Virus record (IMG/VR): IMGVR_UViG_3300046522_000173
Coordinates: 20,274 to 84,273 of that record
Length of the DNA: 64,000 nucleotides
Source of the DNA: a virus
Lineage: Duplodnaviria; Heunggongvirae; Uroviricota; Caudoviricetes
Reading direction: 5' to 3' (one strand)
Numbering within the stretch: position 1 is the first letter of the stretch; each line of letters begins with the position of its first letter. Under the pieces are notes generated by a model, which searched no databases, was not told the DNA's origin, and worked only from the letters and a program-made list of their open reading frames with translations. The translations under genes and the position numbers were made by a program. This document shows positions 60,061 through 64,000 of the stretch, one piece after another.

Positions 60061-62508
60061 TTGATAGGGAGGGATATGCGGCTGTATTGGGATATTGAAG
60101 CGACAAACCTTTTGAATTCGGATTCAGTGGACTATACGCAGTCGCCGTATCAACTGAAGCCTGATTTCAAAGTGCATTGCGCAGTGTTCATCGATGTGGA
60201 CACGGAGAAGGAGTACGAGTTCGTAGGGCATGAAGAGCTTCTGAAGGTGAAGGACTTCATTGTAGAGAATGCCACGGAGCTTATTGCACAGAATTCCATC
60301 TCTTACGACCATATGGTGATGATGGCGATGTACGGGATTGATTTTGAGATTGGCGTGAACGAGGGTGAACCGGGTAAGCAATACAGCTTAAAGGTGGACT
60401 CTGTGCGCGGCGTGCCAATGACGATCACGGACACCCTAGTAATGAGCAAAACGCTCAACCCGACGAGGGCAGCGCACAGCATTGATTACTTCGGCAGGTT
60501 GCTCGGGCTGGAGAAGATTGACTGGCGAGGCAAGGCCATTGAGTTGGGCCTGATTCAAGCGAATGACCCTCCAGGAGCTGAGTTTAAAACGTACCACCCT
60601 GAGATGCTTGTCTACTGCAAACGAGACTGCTACGTTGGCATCAAGGTTTGGAAGTTCTTGATGAACGAGTGGGGCACATGGAATTGGGATGATGCATACC
60701 AGCTTGAGAAGGCAGTGGCTGAAATCATCACGCATCAAGAGCACCGTGGCTTTTACTTCCACAAAGAGAAGGCTATTGAACTTGTTAAAGACCTTGACGA
60801 GAAGATGGAAAAGCTGCGAGCGATTGTCGAGCCTCTGATCCCACCAAAACCAATCGGCAAGACTGCGGCAAAAGAGTTCATCCCTCCGAAGAATCAGTTC
60901 AAGAAGGATGGCTCACTGAGTGCAAACATCATCAAGTGGGTGGAGAAGCACGGCGGCAAGATCGAGGAAGGGCCAATCGGATTTATTGCGACAGTGTTTG
61001 ATAAGCAGTATGCGCTCCCTATTCCGCAAGAGCCAATTGTGACGCATGTGCCGTCGAACATTGAAGACACCACGCATATCAAGGGATGGCTGGTCGGCAT
61101 GGGCTGGAAGGCTTCGCAGTATAAGGAGCGTGATCTGACAGTAGACAGCCGGAAGCAGAAATTGTCGCTGGAGAAGTACGTTGAGACTGTTGAGCGCTAT
61201 ATTGCACAAACGATGGAGAGCCCATTTAAGCGTGATCGGATGGAACACCTGGAAGTGAGGACTGAGAAGGCCATGCGAGACAAGCTGCTAAAGCATGACC
61301 ACATCAAGCGTCCGATGAAGGTTTATACCAATCCTACACTGACAGTTGGCGTCGAGAAGGAAATTGACCCAAAGCTGCTGGAGATGCAGGATAAGTTCGC
61401 CCATGCTCAGGATGTGTCGAATTATCTGACGTATCGGCACAGGCGGAATAGCATTCTCGGCGGCGGAATTGATCCTGACGATGATGATGAGGAAATGCAG
61501 AAGGGCTGGATGTCGGTTGATCGGATTAATCAGGATCACAGGATTCCCACGCCTGCGGATACTTGCGGTGCTGCCACGAGTCGTTTCAAGCATAGATTGG
61601 TAGCGAATATTCCGCGTATCACATCCCTGTATGGCGAACAAATGCGAAGTCTGTTTGGAGTGGATGTCGATGCAGGATATTATCAACTTGGTTACGATTT
61701 TTCGAGCTTAGAGGCGATGATTGAAGCGTCCTACTGCTGGCGGTACGATGGCGACGAGAAGTCTTACTGCATGTCGCTAATTAGACCCAAGCCTGACGAT
61801 GTGCATACGATCACCGCTACGAAGATTTCTGCCGCTATTAAGCGAGCATTCGGTAGGACGCCTGCTAAATCGGTTAAATACTGTTGTGCATATGGTGGTC
61901 AGCCTCCACGGGTGGCTAAAACTGTAGGTTGTAGCTTGGAAGAAGGTAAGCTGATCTTTGATGCCTATTGGGAAGCCGCCGCACCTCTCGGAGCGCTGGG
62001 AAGCAAGGTGAAGGCATTCTGGGAAACTTCGGGCGGCAAGAAATTTGTCCCAGGTTTGGATGGTAGGAAAGTGCCAACCCGATCCGCAAGTGCCCTTATT
62101 AACAGTCTATTTCAATCCGCAGGGGTTATCTGTGCAAAGCGTGCGATGGTGATTCATGACCGGATGATGAAAGCTGAGGGGCTTAAGGTCAACTTCTGGA
62201 AGGAAGATTGGCGAAACAAGAAGTTTTCTCAACAGCTAATCGCCTACCACGATGAGGCCCAAATTGAAGTTCACAAGAGTCTTATCAAGTGGAAGGTGTT
62301 TGCTGCCGAAGAAGATGCAAAACTGTTCAAGCGGGATAATCCGGGGTGGTCTGAAATTGGACACTCAGATAAGGGCTTCTATATTGGTTGGTGTAAAGTT
62401 GGAGAACTTATCCAGCAAGCGGTTAAGGAGACTAGCAGGTACTACAAGCTTAACGTTGATCTGTCTGCGGACTACATCCTAGGGCGTAACTGGGGCGAAT
62501 GCCATTAA
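60061..62508 (+). CDS. DNA polymerase, family A (T7-like) with 3'-5' exonuclease domain
   Basis: Exo I (DIEATNL); motif A (LGYDFSSLE); motif B (RTPAKSVKYCCAYGG); motif C (YHDEAQ). Confidence 0.85.
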   Translation: MIGRDMRLYWDIEATNLLNSDSVDYTQSPYQLKPDFKVHCAVFIDVDTEKEYEFVGHEELLKVKDFIVENATELIAQNSISYDHMVMMAMYGIDFEIGVNEGEPGKQYSLKVDSVRGVPMTITDTLVMSKTLNPTRAAHSIDYFGRLLGLEKIDWRGKAIELGLIQANDPPGAEFKTYHPEMLVYCKRDCYVGIKVWKFLMNEWGTWNWDDAYQLEKAVAEIITHQEHRGFYFHKEKAIELVKDLDEKMEKLRAIVEPLIPPKPIGKTAAKEFIPPKNQFKKDGSLSANIIKWVEKHGGKIEEGPIGFIATVFDKQYALPIPQEPIVTHVPSNIEDTTHIKGWLVGMGWKASQYKERDLTVDSRKQKLSLEKYVETVERYIAQTMESPFKRDRMEHLEVRTEKAMRDKLLKHDHIKRPMKVYTNPTLTVGVEKEIDPKLLEMQDKFAHAQDVSNYLTYRHRRNSILGGGIDPDDDDEEMQKGWMSVDRINQDHRIPTPADTCGAATSRFKHRLVANIPRITSLYGEQMRSLFGVDVDAGYYQLGYDFSSLEAMIEASYCWRYDGDEKSYCMSLIRPKPDDVHTITATKISAAIKRAFGRTPAKSVKYCCAYGGQPPRVAKTVGCSLEEGKLIFDAYWEAAAPLGALGSKVKAFWETSGGKKFVPGLDGRKVPTRSASALINSLFQSAGVICAKRAMVIHDRMMKAEGLKVNFWKEDWRNKKFSQQLIAYHDEAQIEVHKSLIKWKVFAAEEDAKLFKRDNPGWSEIGHSDKGFYIGWCKVGELIQQAVKETSRYYKLNVDLSADYILGRNWGECH

Positions 62509-62529
62509 CTTGACAAATGTGGCAATCAG

Positions 62530-63138
62530 GTGTACAATAAGAATTTTATGGAGACTTGTATGCCTCAACCATTGGACACCTCCCACATGCAGTGGTCAGA
62601 CTATTTTCACTATGACGAAAGCAGCCCCACGTTTCTACGGTGGGCCACCGATATCTTAGACACACGCGGTCAAGTCACGGCTCACGCACAGCGTGGGAAA
62701 GTTGCAGGCAAGAAGAACAAGGACAGGTCCACTGTCCTGCTGCATGGTAAGCGGTACAAGGTTCACCGCATCATTTGGGAAATTTTTAATGGTCCTATCC
62801 CGTCCGGCATGGTCATCGACCACATAGATGGCGACTACCTCAATAATGCTGTTAACAACTTGCGGCCTATCACGCAGGCAGAAAACAATAGGAATGCTAC
62901 CCGCCGTAGGGACAATGCAAGCGGTGTGGCAGGCGTGTCGAGGGGTAACAACGGGAGGGGCACATACTACTGGACGGCAAGGTGGCAAGATTGTGACGGT
63001 AAGTCCTGTCAAGAACGCTTTTCGATTAACAAACTAGGTGAGCAAGAAGCCTTCCGTTTAGCATGTGAGTACCGCGCTAAGACGCTCGAAGAACTCAACA
63101 AACAAGGTGCCGGTTACTCGGATAGGCACGGAACTTAA
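62530..63138 (+). CDS. HNH-AP2 homing endonuclease
   Basis: HNH_3-like core (HRIIWEIFNGPIPSGMVIDHIDGDYLNNAVNNLRPITQAENNRN) and AP2 domain (SGVAGVSRGNNGRGTYYWTARW), directly after the polymerase gene. Confidence 0.65.
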   Translation: MYNKNFMETCMPQPLDTSHMQWSDYFHYDESSPTFLRWATDILDTRGQVTAHAQRGKVAGKKNKDRSTVLLHGKRYKVHRIIWEIFNGPIPSGMVIDHIDGDYLNNAVNNLRPITQAENNRNATRRRDNASGVAGVSRGNNGRGTYYWTARWQDCDGKSCQERFSINKLGEQEAFRLACEYRAKTLEELNKQGAGYSDRHGT

Positions 63139-63149
63139 GGAAACCAAAC

Positions 63150-63368
63150 ATGGTTGAACTAACCCTCAAAATTGACACATCCGCAATCCAACCGACCATC
63201 GACGCTGCCAAGGCTGAAATGGAGACTTTCTACAGCGAGCTTGAATTCTTACGCTTCTTCCACAAAACAGCAACCGAGTGGTACAGCAACGGTAGCACTG
63301 ACGAGGAATTCTGGATTAAGGAAATGTACGAGGAAACTGGCAACACTGTGCCGGAGGAGTATTACTAA
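63150..63368 (+). CDS. hypothetical protein
   Basis: ORF track entry. Confidence 0.45.
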   Translation: MVELTLKIDTSAIQPTIDAAKAEMETFYSELEFLRFFHKTATEWYSNGSTDEEFWIKEMYEETGNTVPEEYY

Positions 63369-63393
63369 TGCAGCGGAATGATAAGGAGGAATG

Positions 63394-63567
63394 ATGGAAT
63401 TGTTTAGTGAGAGTCTAGTGGAGTATGGGCAGCTCGGATATCAGATTGTCTTTGATCCGAGGGGTATCAGGGTTTGGTATCTTCCAGCAGACGGCAATCT
63501 GAAGCTCTACGAGGGTCACAGCATGGAATGCGCAATATCTGCTATTGATCTGCACTTAGAGCTGTAA
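63394..63567 (+). CDS. hypothetical protein (57 aa)
   Basis: RBS AAGGAGGAATG; under 60 aa. Confidence 0.3.
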   Translation: MELFSESLVEYGQLGYQIVFDPRGIRVWYLPADGNLKLYEGHSMECAISAIDLHLEL

Positions 63568-63645
63568 AATGACCGATCTGGCCTGTAACGGAGCCACGTG
63601 GCAGACGATTCCTGAGAAACTTTACACTGACAACAAGGAGCAACA

Positions 63646-63858
63646 ATGAGAGTCAAAGACCTAATCGCAGCACTGAAGATATTCGACGGCAACCTGGAAG
63701 TGTACGGCTACTGCGACCACGGCCAGAGTCCTGAGAAGGTTTCCATTCCGTCAATTATCTATGTAGAAAACACGGACCACAACCTGTATGACGAGTGGAC
63801 TTCGGACGGGGTGGACGCGATTGACTATGGGTACACGGCGAAAGCTGTTTTGCTGTAG
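63646..63858 (+). CDS. hypothetical protein
   Basis: ORF track entry; RBS AAGGAG. Confidence 0.45.
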   Translation: MRVKDLIAALKIFDGNLEVYGYCDHGQSPEKVSIPSIIYVENTDHNLYDEWTSDGVDAIDYGYTAKAVLL

Positions 63859-63860
63859 AG

Positions 63861-64000
63861 ATGGTGACTCGCTACAAGCCCACACTAGAAGCCCGCTCAA
63901 CCACACACCCCGCTCAAGCCCTAGACTACGAAAAGCTTGCCTCAGCAGTCGTCCAGGCCATCGTGAAGAAGCAACGTGACGTGATAATCCGAATCGCTTA
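63861..64000 (+). CDS. hypothetical protein (partial, runs off the window end)
   Basis: Open frame from ATG to the window edge. Confidence 0.3.
   Translation, partial: MVTRYKPTLEARSTTHPAQALDYEKLASAVVQAIVKKQRDVIIRIA

Overview
This 64-kb window is a near-contiguous slice of a tailed dsDNA phage genome. The host is probably a Gram-negative proteobacterium: there are many near-consensus sigma70 promoters (TTGACA-N17-TATAAT), a lipobox lipoprotein and a SleB-type cell-wall hydrolase. Coding density is about 90 percent.

Layout:
(1) 1-19.5 kb, minus strand: late morphogenesis and packaging operon. In transcription order it runs terminase large subunit (interrupted by what looks like a compact group I intron), portal, S49 prohead protease, scaffold, decoration protein, HK97-type major capsid protein, connector proteins, a 1344-aa lectin/SGNH-esterase/Big_2 protein, neck proteins, tail tube, a T5orf172 homing-endonuclease-like gene, G/GT chaperones with a canonical -1 frameshift site, and a tape measure gene that runs off the left edge.
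(2) 19.5-22.3 kb: a second T5orf172 endonuclease gene, a 1.1-kb ORF-poor structured region downstream of a consensus promoter, and a terS-like HTH gene.
(3) 22.4-30.1 kb, plus strand: early operon with PhoH-like ATPase, ClpP-like protease, small membrane peptides, a C5 cytosine methyltransferase interrupted by an in-frame TAG, and an HTH protein. This is followed by a lone serine recombinase on the minus strand and about 850 bp of non-coding DNA.
(4) 31.7-48.9 kb, minus strand: long early anti-host operon of about 45 small genes. It includes an ArdA-like anti-restriction protein, an HD-domain (SpoT-like) small alarmone hydrolase flanked by two ribosome-modulation-factor-like proteins, a compact UvrD-like helicase, a lipoprotein, and an inserted plus-strand HNH cassette.
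(5) 49.1-64 kb, plus strand: nucleotide metabolism and replication module. It includes a SleB-like hydrolase, ThyX, a promoter-gene-hairpin moron encoding a secreted repeat protein with a PEP-CTERM-like anchor, an SPFH/band-7 protein, a T7 gp4-like primase-helicase, a family A DNA polymerase, and two HNH-AP2 homing endonucleases.

I found no tRNA, rRNA or CRISPR array. All calls come from reading the sequence and translations by eye, with motifs recalled from memory. Coordinates derived by hand rather than taken from the ORF track are approximate (plus or minus 2 nt).
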